The position numbers and the translations under genes were made by a program. 64,000 nucleotides of DNA from Eledone cirrhosa. Lineage: Eukaryota. This document shows, in pieces, positions 13,068-26,390 of this stretch. Where the stretch lies: assembly GCA_964016885.1 (NCBI GenBank), contig OZ024742.1, positions 312,914,001-312,978,000 on the forward strand, written 5' to 3'. Every line of letters starts with the position of its first letter. Within the stretch, counting starts at the first letter, position 1. The notes below the pieces were generated by a model. That model made no database searches, was not told the DNA's origin, and worked only from the letters and a program-made list of their open reading frames with translations.

Positions 13068-13619
13068 ATATATTTATATTTATATATGTATATATATATA
13101 TATATCCTAGCTTCATTGAGATTCAGATTCATTTTTCTCAGCTTAGACAAATAAGTTGGTAGTATTCTGTATATCAAATATATTTATTTCCATAGATGAA
13201 CAAAATAAACATAGTCAGGCTATTGACTTTCATAGACTGATAAGTTGTAGCTATGGATATTAGAAAAATGATGTATGATGCATAAACTTATACGATCACT
13301 TATACAAATAAACACACACATATACACATGCACACACACATACACACACATACTTATATGATCACTTATACAAATAAACATACCTATACAAATATAGACA
13401 CATACATAAATTAAATTATATATTAACAGTTGTGGAATTTATATAAATTAATATCCCTTCAAATTGTATTTGTTTACTTATGTATATCAGTTAATGTGTG
13501 ATTTTGTGAATATATATACATTACACATACATGAATTCATACACAGATGTACATATTTGAATGTGTGTGTATATGTATGCGTAAGTATGTACATGTAAAT
13601 ATATATTTATATATATATA

Positions 13620-13725
<106 letters not shown>

Positions 13726-13786
13726 ATATATATATATATATAATATATATAATATATATATATATATATACATTTATATATATATA

Positions 13787-13866
<80 letters not shown>

Positions 13867-14945
13867 CACGACAAAAAGTGCCCAGTTTAAACTGTAAAGT
13901 GGTCGTTTTGGTGCCACAATAAAAGACATCTAGTCCATGCTATAAATATGGTTGGCATTATGAAGGAGATCCAACCATAGGAACCAAGCCAGAAACAGTT
14001 CTGTATAAGCAAGATATGGTAATTTGACCTGACTTGTCTCACAACGGGACAACTCGTCTAACTCTTCCTAGCGTCGAAAAATGGACGTTAAATGGTAATG
14101 ATGATGATGATGATGTATATGAAGAAAAGTTGCACGAGGGAAAAACAAACATAAACGAATGAATGAAAGCATCCAACTTGAAGAAGTTGGATCAGTCTCT
14201 ACTTGGGCAATGCAATTTCCTGCATAAACAGCTGTAGTGCAAAATATTGAGCCTAGATTGCACAACAGCCTTAACAAGCCACTAGAAAGATTCATATGAA
14301 ACAGGGAAAAACATGGGAGTGTCTCTTGGTCAAAATAGCAATGTGTGTACATAAACATATAGCCATAAAAGTCTTACAAATGGAAACAGAACAGGATATG
14401 GTACAGGGAATTTGTGAATGTAGTAATGTAGGAAGGAGGGAAATAGAAACAGAATTTTGTCAAAAAAGAGGAGACAGAAAGAGTGAGAGAGGGGCAGGGC
14501 AGTGAAAGGGCTAATAAGTAAACAATTAGTTAATCAGAAGAGGAGCACATTTATTTATTTATTTATTCAATTTAAACATCCGTATAGAGCTAGTAAGCCA
14601 TGGCAGGCAAGTATTGAGTACTCCTTACAGTTGGTTATCAAAAAGAGCTAGCGAGACATGTAATAAAAAAATAATTTAAAAAAGGGGAAAAAAATAAAAT
14701 AAAAATAAAATTTCAAATATTGAAGATCAAAGGGAGGCAGATTATCCATATGAAAACGAAAAAGAAAAGAGGAAACAGTGTTATCATAATAATAAATAGC
14801 AAAGCTGTGCACAGAAAATAAACCATGTAGGATAAAAACATAAGCATTCAACTTCCTCGTCATCCACCCACTGGTCAGTGCAATTTTGTGCATATTGACA
14901 GTACGGTATGTCTATGGAGATATAGACAAATATATAGATGTGTAA

Positions 14946-15140
14946 GAGGGTCAGCTGAAAATTCATAGGTTGACCAAGATACTCTCATGAAATGACCAAA
15001 TGAGATTTATTTTTCAACATCGTCACTGGAAAGAAATAATGCAGTTATTAATAAGGAGAGTTGACATTAATGCATGCAATATTTCACAGCTCTAGCATCA
15101 ACCCTTCATAGTCAGCCTATGAACTTTTCAGCACCCCCCC
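14946..15140. mobile_element. mariner-like MITE remnant
   Basis: Inverted ends GCTGAAAATTCATAGGTTGAC / GTCAGCCTATGAACTTTTCAGC. Confidence 0.6.
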
Positions 15141-15220
15141 CCCTCCTCACAACAACCACCACACACACACATATACATATATATACATATATACATATAT
15201 ATATACATATATATATACAT

Positions 15221-15832
15221 ATCCTCAGTGTATACTGATTAATGTTCAGAGCCATCCTCAGCATTCTCGTGTAGCACCCATCCACCATCTGAGTGAGTTT
15301 CCTGGTCAGTGTCCAAGTCTCAGACCCGTACAGCAGCACAGACTCCACTAGCAATGAAGAGGCGGATCTTCAGGTCTTCATGAAGGTCTGACTTCCACAC
15401 CGATCTCAAGCTGTGGCACGCCGCCCAGGCTTTCCACTTCCTCTCAACCACATCATCTTCCATATTCCCAATCTTTGCTCCCAAATACAAGAAGTCCTCA
15501 ATTAATTCCAGCGGCTTCCCGCCTACATTAATAATCTGGATGAAAAACTCAGAGCTGTATGGGAGCCTCCCAAAAGTCAGCTTAAAAGTGACACAGAGGA
15601 GATTGAGGTTAGCTGGACATGCTCATCGACATCCAGAGTTGACACTGCACTCACTGTTCATGTGGGAGCCCCTGCATGGACACACTGGAAGAGAAAGACC
15701 AAAGTTAACATATGTTGATGCCCTAAGGACAGACACTGGTCTGTTGGAGATGCAGGACATGGCAGCGATAATGAAGGACAGAGACGGCTGGAGATAACTC
15801 GTCCATGGATCTCGGGAATTTTACCCACCCTA
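15221..15832. mobile_element. RTE-like LINE 3' end with 5' inversion (15221-15537 on -, 15538-15832 on +)
   Basis: Minus frame ...LLYGSETW...RMALNINQYTLR continues on plus as MKNSELYG...RRLRLAGH. Confidence 0.8.
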
Positions 15833-16000
15833 GATATATACATATATACATATATATTTATTTAGGTTTGAAGGTTCACCACTGGATAGAGCTGGTCATT
15901 CCGTATGGTCAATCTTGATGTAATAATATGGAGAGTACTCAACGTAAAGCAGCTCAGCCGTCTTCGTTTGTTAATAATATATATATATATATACATATAT

Positions 16001-16280
16001 ATCATCATCATCATCATTTCATTTTACGTCCACTTTTCCCTGCTTGCAAGGGTGGGACAGGAACTGATTCTGGCTTGATTTCTACAGCTGGATGCCCTTC
16101 CTAACACAACCTCATTTACAGTGAGTGCTGGGTGCTTTTTTGCCGTGGCACCTCCACGACCACTTTGCAGTGGAATGATAGGGACCCCAGTCCCTATCAT
16201 CTCATTTCTACAGCTGAGTAAACTGGAGCAATGTGAAATAAAGTGTCTTGTTCAAGGAAACAACACATCACCCGGTCAGA
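16001..16280 (-). mobile_element. CORE-type SINE with RTE-derived 3' tail
   Basis: Minus strand TTCCTTGAACAAGACACTTTATTTCACATTGCTCC followed by RTE 3'-UTR sequence and (GAT)n. Similar copies at 9382-9525, 22335-22547 and 52010-52418. Confidence 0.65.
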
Positions 16281-16298
16281 TATATATATATATATGTG

Positions 16299-16376
<78 letters not shown>

Positions 16377-16409
16377 TATATATACACATATATATATATA
16401 CATATATAT

Positions 16410-16810
16410 ATATACAGTTGTTATATAGTAAGGTGTATTATTGGTTGTGTAAAATGGTCCAATAAATTTATGTTAGCAATATTATGTTCTCCACGCTTTT
16501 GTATATCTCCAATTCCATTCAAGGCAACAGCTAGATGATGTAAAACTGAGTATAAGTATCAAAATGAAAATCCGAAGGCAAGGTAAAATGTTCACTCACA
16601 GAGTTTATTCCCTCATATGAGGGAATAAACTCTGTGAGTGAACATTGCTAATTTTCTCCCTCATATCAAGAATTTCAAGACAATTCATTTTCACCTGATG
16701 AGATCAGTGATAATTGATCATGGCTTTACGGTCGATCTATCTCTTATTGAAACATGTGTTGTGATTAAAATGATTTGAATTTTACCTTGCCTTCGGATTT
16801 TCATTTTGAT
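16410..16810. mobile_element. Fold-back PLE-terminus element with HHR-like motif (16691-16764, +)
   Basis: ~32-bp terminal inverted repeats (16558 / 16810), perfect internal palindrome 16589-16646, TCAC CTGATGA ... GAAACATGTGTT GTGA; stem II closes poorly. Confidence 0.55.
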
Positions 16811-16872
16811 ATATATATATACATATATATATATACATATATACATATATATATGTATATATATATATATAT

Positions 16873-18206
16873 ATCATCATCATCATCATCATCATTCTTT
16901 AACGTCCATCTTCCACGCTTGCATGGGTTTGGATGGGAATTTTCCCACTTGAGGCAAGATTGGTTGTCTTGTTCGTATAGGACTGTCTGGCGGGATGCCC
17001 TTCCTAACACCAACCACGTTTACAGTGTGGACTGGGAGGTTTTTACCGTGTTACCTACATGGCCACATTACAGGGTGGACTGTGTGTTTTTTTATCGTGA
17101 CACCTAGACGACCTCATTTATTTCGGACTGGATGTTGTGGTACCAACATAACTTTACATCGAAAGGGGTTGTGTGGATGGGGGTGGGGGTAGTGGGACGG
17201 GAGTGTATTTTTGTTAAGAGGTGCCTACTGACTGTAGGTTTCGCTTTGTACTTAGGCAAGGCGGGTCTTCTGTATTACTGTGTAGCGCCAAAGATCTCGG
17301 TCCATTGACATTGTCTTGGAGAGGTGTAACTGTGTGAGGTCGGAATTTATCAAGTCGTCCCAGGTTTTTCTGGGTCTGCCTACTCCATGGCTACCGTCTA
17401 TTTTTATCGCCCTGCATTTTTTTATACAGCTGTCGTCTTTCATGCGCATCACGTGACCATACCAACGTAGTCTTCTCTCGAGTAAACAACATCTGATCCC
17501 TCTTATTCCTAATTTCTCCCTTAGTTCATTCATGCTTTGCCGTTCACGTATATTACTATTACACATCCAACGGAGCTTGCAAGCTTCGTTACTCTCCAGT
17601 CTGCGTATATCCTCTGCACACAATGCCCAAGTTTCACTGCCATGTAACATTGCTGTTCGTATGCAGGCATCATACAGCCTGCCTTTCATTTTTAAAGAGA
17701 AACCTTTAGCGGCTAATAGTGGTATAAGCTCTCTGAACTTTTTCCACCCGTTCTGACTCTAGCTACTGTACTTTCAGAGCACCCTCTACCACTGATGATT
17801 TTGTCACCCAGGTAACGGAAGCTGTCCACTATTTCTATAGAACCATCTGTACAATGGAATGAGCTAGTATTCTGTGGGCACTTGCTGCTACTTATTGCAC
17901 CTGAGCACCAGCCACATATAAAATCTATATTCTTAGTTAGCTTACCTGTGATCCCACTACATCTTTTATGCACCCATACTTTGCATTTGGCTCATAAAAT
18001 GGAGTTTCTGCCTACTCCTTTCATACACACTGAGCATGGCCATTTCCCAGATGGGACCAGTGCCCTATTTTCCTTCCTACAAATTAGAACTTTAGTCTTA
18101 GACAGGTTAATTTTAAGGCCTTTTGATTCTAGGCTATGCTTCCATGTTTGGAATTTCTTCTCTAGTTCAGCCATTGATTCAGCTATGAGCATTAGATCAT
18201 CTGCGT
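16873..18206 (-). mobile_element. 5'-truncated RTE LINE
   Basis: Frameshifted ORFs 17992-18252, 17713-17973 and 17252-17689; same family as 7815-9322. Confidence 0.9.
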
Positions 18207-18279
18207 ATATATATATATATATATATATACATATATACATAAATATATACACATATATATATACATATATATATATACA

Positions 18280-18643
18280 TTAGAAAGTGAGGTTTTTTTT
18301 ACAAAATGAAAAATAACCGAGGTGTCCTACACGAGTGAAAGTATAAAGAAAAAAAGATGAAATCGAAAATGCAACTGGAGTCTTATTTTTTTTTAAAATA
18401 TATATATTTATTTCGTTCCTTTACCGGTTTCGCAGTTCTTCTGCTTTTCAAAAGTAGAGTTGAGATAGAGGGTCTGTGGTTTTTCTCACATCAGATGTGA
18501 GAAAAACCACAGACCCTCCATCTCAACTCTACTTTTGAAAAGCAGAAGAACTGCGAAACTGGTAAAGGAACGAAATAAATATATATATATTTTTTAAAAA
18601 TAAGACTCCAGTTGCATTTTCGATTTCATCTTTTTTTCTTTAT
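18280..18643. mobile_element. Fold-back PLE-terminus element: 300-bp near-perfect palindrome (18343-18643) with U3-A8 variant HHR in both arms
   Basis: Centre at 18493. CTT TTGAAAA GCAGAAGAACTGC GAAAC(C/T)GGTA AAG at 18532-18567 (+) and 18419-18454 (-). Same family as 61083-61230. Confidence 0.75.
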
Positions 18644-18732
18644 ATATATACATATATATATATATACACATATATACATATATACATATATATATGTATA
18701 TATATATATATATATAATATACATATATATAA

Positions 18733-18811
<79 letters not shown>

Positions 18812-19163
18812 TATATTTATGGAGTGAGAGAGAGAGGAAGATGTAATCAAATATATACACTTTAGATTTGTTTATACAATGTAAATATGATATATGAAGT
18901 GAAATATGTAATGTCTATATTTTATGCTCATTTGCTTCAGTAACCAACAATATCCAGCAATGGGCTATTAGCATAATGTCATAAATAACCTAAATAAGGT
19001 GAAATTATTCCAACTTGACATACATACATGCGCATACATACATACATGCATATGGATACATACATGTGAATACATACATACATGTAAATACATACATACA
19101 TGCATACTTTCTTATTTGTATACATACATACTTATTTACACACACACACATGCATACACATAT

Positions 19164-20888
19164 ATCATCATCATCATCATCAGGTTTAGCGTCCGTGTTC
19201 CACGCTTGCATGGGTTTGGACGGGGGTTTTCCCACTTGAGGCAAGAGTGGTTGTCTTGCTCGCATAGGACTGTCTGGCGGGTTTTCTACAGTTGGATGCC
19301 CTTCCTAACACCAACCACATTTACAGTGTGGGGCTGGGAGGTTTTTACCGTGTTGCCTACACGGCCACATTACAGCGTGGACTGTCTGGCTGGTTTTCTA
19401 CAGCTGGATGCCCTTCCTAACACCAACCACATTTACAGTGTGGGGCTGGGAGGTTTTTACCGTGTTGCCTACACGGCCACATTTACAGCGTGGACTGTGT
19501 GTTTTTTGTCGTGACACCTACACGATCTCATTTGTTTCGGCCTGGATGTTGTGGGACCAACATAACTTTACATTGAAAGGGGCGGTGTGGGTGGGTGGAG
19601 GTGGTGGGACGGGGGTGTGTTTTGATAGAGGAGCCTATTGACTGTAGTAGGTTTTTACTTTGTATTTAGGTAAGGCGGGTCTTCTCTATTACTGAGTACC
19701 GCCAAAGGTCTCGGTCCAGTGACATTGTCTTGGAGAGGTGTAAGCGTGTGAGGTCGGAATTTATCAGCTCGTCCCATGTTTTTCTGGGTCTGCCTACTCC
19801 GTGGCTACCGTCTATCTTTATTGCCCTGCACTTTGTTATACAGCTGTCGTCTTTCATGCGCATCACGTGACCGTACCAACGTAGCCTTCTCTCGAGTAAA
19901 CAACATCTGATCCCTCTTATTTCTAATTTTTTCCTTAGTTCGTTTATGCTTTGCCGTTCACGTATATTACTATTGCACATCCAGCGGAGCATGCAAGCTT
20001 CGTTCCTCTCTAGTCTGCGTATATCCTCTGCACACAATGCCCAGGTCTCACTGCCATGCAGCATTGCTGTTCGTATGCAGGCATCGTATAACCTGCCTTT
20101 CATTTTTAGGGAGAACCCTCTAGCGGCTAATAGTGGTATAAGCTCTCTGAACTTTTTCCATCCAGTTCTGACTCTAGCTACTGTACTTTCAGAGCACCCT
20201 CCCCCACTGCTGATTTTGTCACCCAGATAACGGAAGCTGTCCACTATTTCTATAGAACCCTCTGCGCAGTTGAAGGAGCTAGTATTTTGTGGGCACTTGC
20301 TGCTACTTATTGCACCAGAGCACCGGCCACATGTAAAATCTATGTTCTTAGTTAGCTTACCTGTGATCCCACTACATCTTTTATGCACCCATACTTTGCA
20401 TTTGGGACATAAAATGGAGTTTCTACCTACGCCTTTCCTACACACTGAGCATGGCCATTTCCCCGATGGGACCGCCGCCTTATTTTCTTTCCTACAAACT
20501 AGAACTTTAGTCTTAGCCAGGTTAATTTTAAGGCCTTTTGATTCTAGGCCGTGCTTCCACATTTGGAATTTCTTCTCTAGTTCGGTCATTGATTCAGCTA
20601 TTAGCGTTAGATCATCTGCGTATAGGAGTTCCCATGGGCAGCCGGTCTTGAACTCCTCTGTTATAGCCTGAAGGGCAATAATAAATAGTAGGGGGCTAAG
20701 TACAGAGCCCTGATGGACACCAACTTTTACGCTAAACTCTTCACTATATTCGTTGTTAATTCTAACCTTACTGACTGTTTCTTTATACATGGCTTGTATA
20801 GCTCTCACAAGCCATTCGTCAACACCTAGTTTTCTAAGAGACCACCAGATAATGGAACGGGGGACTCTGTCGAAGGCTTTCTCCAAGT
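19164..20888 (-). mobile_element. 5'-truncated RTE LINE with open RT frame
   Basis: ORF 19666-20949: VDLEKAFDRVP, YADD, PHD-like insert. ~110-bp tandem duplication in the 3' UTR (19267-19500). Confidence 0.92.
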
Positions 20889-21189
20889 CGACACGTGGCG
20901 AATTGGCAGAGTCATTAAGACGTCGGATAGAATACTTTATGGCATTCATCCCACCTCATTGCGTGCTCAAATCTCGCTCAAATTGCGACTTCAAATCCCA
21001 CAGAGGTCAACTTTACATTTCATCCTTTCGAGTTCAATAAAAAAAGGACATATATTTGTGAAAGTGTCTACAAAGATCTGCCAAGATGTTTTGATGTTGG
21101 TGGAAATGTGTGCGTGTATAAAAGAGCAGTCAACATGTGATAGTTCGTTCATAATTGCAGGGTTAATCATAAGATTCTACTAAAAAAAC

Positions 21190-22292
21190 TTCCAATATTG
21201 GAAGGTTACTACAGTGGATCAAATGTTTCCTGACAGACAGAACCCAACATGTTGTAGTCGAAGGAGTAAAATCAAGCCCCGCCAAAGTCAGCAGTGGTGT
21301 CCCACAAGGCACTGTGTTAGGCCCATTTCTTTTCATCATCTACATTAATGACATTACTGACATCATCAAGCACAGCAATATAAGAATCTTCGCAGATGAT
21401 TCCAAGCTCCAAAGGGTCATCAATGAGGTGGGTGACCGGACTTGCCTTCAGTCAGACCTACTGGCTGTTATCCAATGGGCAGAGACGAATAATATGCTGT
21501 TGAATGAGGATAAGTTTGAATTAATCCACTTTGGAAAAAAGGATGCCCTGAAACTCCCATACTCTCTTCCTTCGAGTGAAACTCTATCGCCCCGAATATA
21601 AATAGCAAAGCTGACATGACCCGCAGAATGTGTTTCTGGATTCTCAGAACCTTCCAGCCGAGAGTTATCCTTCTCTTCTCCACTTTTGCCCGACCCCACC
21701 TTGAATACTGTTGTCCACTGTGGTCTCCCCACACCAAACAAAGTATCATGAAAGTTGAAGCACCCCAAAGATCGATTACAAAAAAGATAGATGGCATGAC
21801 AGGCCTTGACTATTGGAGTCGATTAGAAAAGCTCAACCTTTATTCTCTCCAACGTCGCCGTGAGCGCTACATTATCTGCATGATGTGGAAAATATTCCAT
21901 CAACTTTGCCCAAATGATGTTGGCATCACCTTTAATGTACACCCGAGGCTTGGGCCCCGTGCTATCCGCCCACAACAAAAATCTCACTCGCATCACATAA
22001 CAACAATATGGCACAATTATTTCACCTCAATTGGTCCCGCTCTCTATAACATTACACCAAAACACATTAAAACAGAAACAGACCCCATCATGTTCAAGAA
22101 GTCTTTGGACAAATTCCTTGAAGAAATCCCGGATAAGCCTCCTACACCCGGATATGCCTCCGTAAACAATAACTCTCTGCTCGAGTGGGCCATGGTGCCC
22201 AAACACTGATTTGTAAGTCTTCGCCAGGTGGTGCTATTAAGATAGACATGGCCTGGACCAAAACTGGCCGAAACCTATCAAAGTTAAAGTTA
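21190..22292 (+). mobile_element. CR1/L2-group LINE 3' fragment
   Basis: SGVPQGTVLGPFLFIIYINDI, IFADDSKL, RPHLEYCCPLWSPH, LYSLQRRRERY; internal deletion. Confidence 0.88.
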
Positions 22293-22549
22293 TATATATA
22301 TACATATATATACACATATATATGTATATATATATATCATCATCATCATTTCATTTTACGTCCGCTTTTTTTCCCTGCTTGCAAGGGTGGGATGGGAACT
22401 GATTCTGGCTTGATTTCTACAGCTGGATGCCCTTCCTAACACCAACCTCATTTACAGTGAGTGCTGGGTGCTTTTTTGCCATGGCACCTCCACGACCACT
22501 TTGCAGTAGAATGATATGGACCCCAGTCCCTATCATCTCATTTCTACAT

Positions 22550-23228
22550 ATATTTTGTTAGAGATGCCTACTGACTGTAGTAGGTTTTACTTTGTATTTA
22601 GGTAAGGCGGGTCTTCTCTATTACTGAGTACCGCCACAGATCTCGGTACAGTGACATTGTCTTGGAGAGGTGTAACTGTGTGAGGTCGGAATTTATCAAG
22701 TCGTCCCAGGTTTTTCTGGGTCTGCCTACTCCGTGGCTACCGTCTATCTTTATTGCCCTGCACTTTTTTATACAGCTGTCGTCTTTCATGCGCATCACGT
22801 GACCATACCAACGTAGCCTTCTCTCGAGTAAACAACATCTGATCCCTCTTATTTCTAATTTTTTCCTTAGTTCGTTTATGCTTTGCCGTTCACGTATATT
22901 ACTATTACACATCCAGCGGAGCATGCAAGCTTCGTTCCTCTCTAGTCTGCGTATGTCCTCTGCACACAATGCCTAGGTCTCACTGCCATGCAACATTGCT
23001 GTTCGTATGCAGGCATCATACAACCTGCCTTTCATTTTTAGGGAGAACCCTTTAGCGGCTAATAGTGGTATAAGCTCTCTGAACTTTTTCCATCCAGTTC
23101 TGACTCTAGCAACTGTACTTTCAGAGCACCCTCCCCCACTGCTGATTTTGTCACCCAGGTAACGGAAGCTGTCCACTATTTCTATAGAACCCTCTGCGCA
23201 ATTGAAAGAGCTAGTATTTTGTGGGCAT
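22550..23228 (-). mobile_element. RTE LINE fragment
   Basis: ORFs 22598-22969 and 22973-23320 match the RTE family. Confidence 0.88.
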
Positions 23229-23283
23229 ATATGTATATATATATGTATGTATATATATATATATATATATACACATATATATG

Positions 23284-23315
<32 letters not shown>

Positions 23316-23321
23316 TACACA

Positions 23322-23914
23322 TTGACGAAGGACTATTTTTAACATATGTAACCCATGTGCAACCATGCAGTATTCTTCTTTCTTCTCATGTTTTTTATAT
23401 ATATTTACCTCGACTGCGTTTGTCTGTTTCTCTCTTACTGCTTCCCCGTTCTCTCTGTTGCTCTCCCCTTCTTTCGCCCCCTCTGTCAGTTACACTTTCT
23501 CTCGACTGACCTCTTCCTCGCACTTCCACTCACTCACTCTCTGTTTCTCCCCTTCTCACTTCCTCCCGTTTGGCTTGTAGTGGGTTCTCTTCTTGCTCAC
23601 ATCTCACTCACGTCGGATGGTCTATATCTCGATCGCTCATGAAATCCACCCAGCTTAAGCTGACGGGATAACCATGTTGCTTGTTTATTCCTATCTTTGC
23701 GTTGCTTTCATCCTTCTATGTTGTTTACTTGTCTCACTCGCTTTATGCGATTTACTTGTCCCAATAGCTTTATTTAGCTATTGCTCGCACCAACCTGAGG
23801 TATATGATTTTTAATGCGATGAAATATCAATGATGGTTGGAAAATCACTGACGAAGGACTATTTTTATCATATAACCCATGTGCAACCAATCAGTATTCT
23901 TCTTTCTTCTCATG

Positions 23915-23922
<8 letters not shown>
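23322..23922 (+). mobile_element. Non-coding element with ~75-bp direct terminal repeats (period 526 bp) in (TA)n
   Basis: TGACGAAGGACTATTTTTA...CAGTATTCTTCTTTCTTCTCATGTTTTTT at 23323 and 23849. Confidence 0.55.
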
Positions 23923-23961
<39 letters not shown>

Positions 23962-23965
23962 CATA

Positions 23966-24005
<40 letters not shown>

Positions 24006-24129
24006 TATATACATATATATGTGTATATATATATATACATACATATATATATACATATATGTAACCACTCCTATATATATATATATATATATACATATAT
24101 ATATACATATATATGTATATATATATACT

Positions 24130-24548
24130 TAATGTAGGAGGTGAGTTTTATTGTAGTACAATAAAGCAATGCAGATATCGGATAAGAAGCACTCTACAGT
24201 TTGTAGGACTGGAGTATACATAATATAAGATCAAAAGATGGTTAAAGGAGTTCCATGTATTTTATTATGCGCATTTCAAAAACAAACATCATCATGCAAT
24301 AATATTTGTGTTTTCATCAGATAAAACAGGAGAACATGATATGAAGGCTAAAAAACACTTGTGCAGTTTTAAATCAACATATGTTGATTTAAAACTGCAC
24401 TATCCACAAGTGTTTTTTAGCCTTCATATCATGTTCTCCTGTTTTATCTGATGAAAACACAAATATTATTGCATGATGATGTTTGTTTTTGAAATGCGCA
24501 TAATAAAATACATGGAACTCCTTTAACCATCTTTTGATCTTATATTAT
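24130..24548. mobile_element. Fold-back PLE-terminus element (palindrome 24220-24548) with a complete HHR in each arm
   Basis: HHR 24440-24510 (+) and 24258-24328 (-): TGTTTTAT CTGATGA [stem II] GAAA TGCGCA TA ATAAAATA. Homologous to the pLTR at 44325-44492. Confidence 0.85.
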
Positions 24549-24604
24549 ATATACTTATATATATACATATATATGTATATATATATATATATATATACAT
24601 ATAT

Positions 24605-25296
24605 ATGATGGCTACCCCCTCGTTATCGAGTATGGCCATTGCACGAGAAAAAAAAAAATAACAATAATAATAATGATAACAACAATAATAATAACCACAA
24701 CAACAACAATAATAATATACATATATATATACACACACACGCACACACATAAACATATCTATACACACACATGCGATAGCAATTCACAGCGCTGCGATCG
24801 AATGGGGCCAGCCAATGATCTAAAATGTCTTGCACAGAGTCGGCAACCAAAACATTCACTGGGAATAGCCGGCTGTGGTTGGAGTTCATCTACTTTTGCA
24901 TGTCGCTTGAGCCCTCCTGCTGATTTACATTCTGTACCACATGCTTGGCAAACATGATGAGTAGCATTGCCAACAGCAGCCTGGTAGTCAACCACTGGTC
25001 TTACTTTATGACTGCGAAGATGACTTTCGAGTCCAGCTTTGCTTAGGCAGAGTCTCGCACAGACACTGCATGTCAGCACCATGTACATAGGGTAATGTAC
25101 AAACGTCAGGAAAATGAACAGTGCATGAGTCATGATATACGCATGTGTGCATGTGTATGGACGGGTACATCAGGTTACTTTCTCGTATGCAATTCGAGAT
25201 GCCTCAAAGGCAACTTTTCCCTCATATACACTCTTTCCCCATTTATTACGATCAGCAGCAACATTTTCTCATGTATCAGCAGAGATGTTAGCGCCT
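24605..25296 (-). mobile_element. RTE-clade LINE 3' end with C-terminal C2H2 zinc fingers
   Basis: [51 protein letters not shown]; upstream [19 protein letters not shown] is an RTE-type C-terminal motif. Confidence 0.7.
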
Positions 25297-25390
25297 TACA
25301 TATATATATATACATATACATATATATATATATACATATACATATATATATATACATATACCCTTGCAAGCAGGGAAAAGCGGACGTAAT

Positions 25391-25484
<94 letters not shown>

Positions 25485-25488
25485 CATA

Positions 25489-25571
<83 letters not shown>

Positions 25572-25573
<2 letters not shown>

Positions 25574-25943
25574 GTGAACGACAAAGCATAAATGAATTGA
25601 GAGAGAGACTGAGCATAAGAGGAATCAAATGCTGTGTGCAGGAGAGGCGGTTGCGTTGGTATGGACATGTGATGCATATGAAGGACGACAGCTGCATAAA
25701 AAGGTGCAGAGCACTAGAAGTCGATGGAAACCGCGGAGTGGGGAGACCCAAGATGACCTGGGATGAGGTGATAAAAGCTGACCTTACCCAATTACACCTC
25801 TCAAAGGCGATGACACACGACCGTGACCTCTGGCGTCACGCATTAATACAGAGTACCCGACCTCCCATGGGTACAAGCTGAAGCATATAGACAATATGCC
25901 CCCACACCCTCCCACTGCAAGATGGTCGTGGAGGTGCCATGGC

Positions 25944-25945
<2 letters not shown>
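25572..25945 (+). mobile_element. Fragment of the RTE subfamily at 29365-33642
   Basis: Near identity to 33028-33400. Confidence 0.85.
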
Positions 25946-26157
<212 letters not shown>

Positions 26158-26390
26158 ATATACACGCACACACACATATATATACATATATATATGTTCA
26201 GACATACATACACACATAATTATGTACATACTTAATGGGGTTCGCAGTAAGTGACTTGATATCCAGATGTATCTAATAATAACTTTTATGAAAGCAACAG
26301 ACTATATTACAGAAAAGTTTAACAACAGAATGCAGGTAAAATTACATACTAATATTTTAACATAAATATCTAAACATTATATATAATATA

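Noticed and set aside
24759-25133. Host C2H2 zinc-finger gene
   Set aside because: Contiguous with a decayed RTE C-terminal motif and lacks TGEKP linkers.
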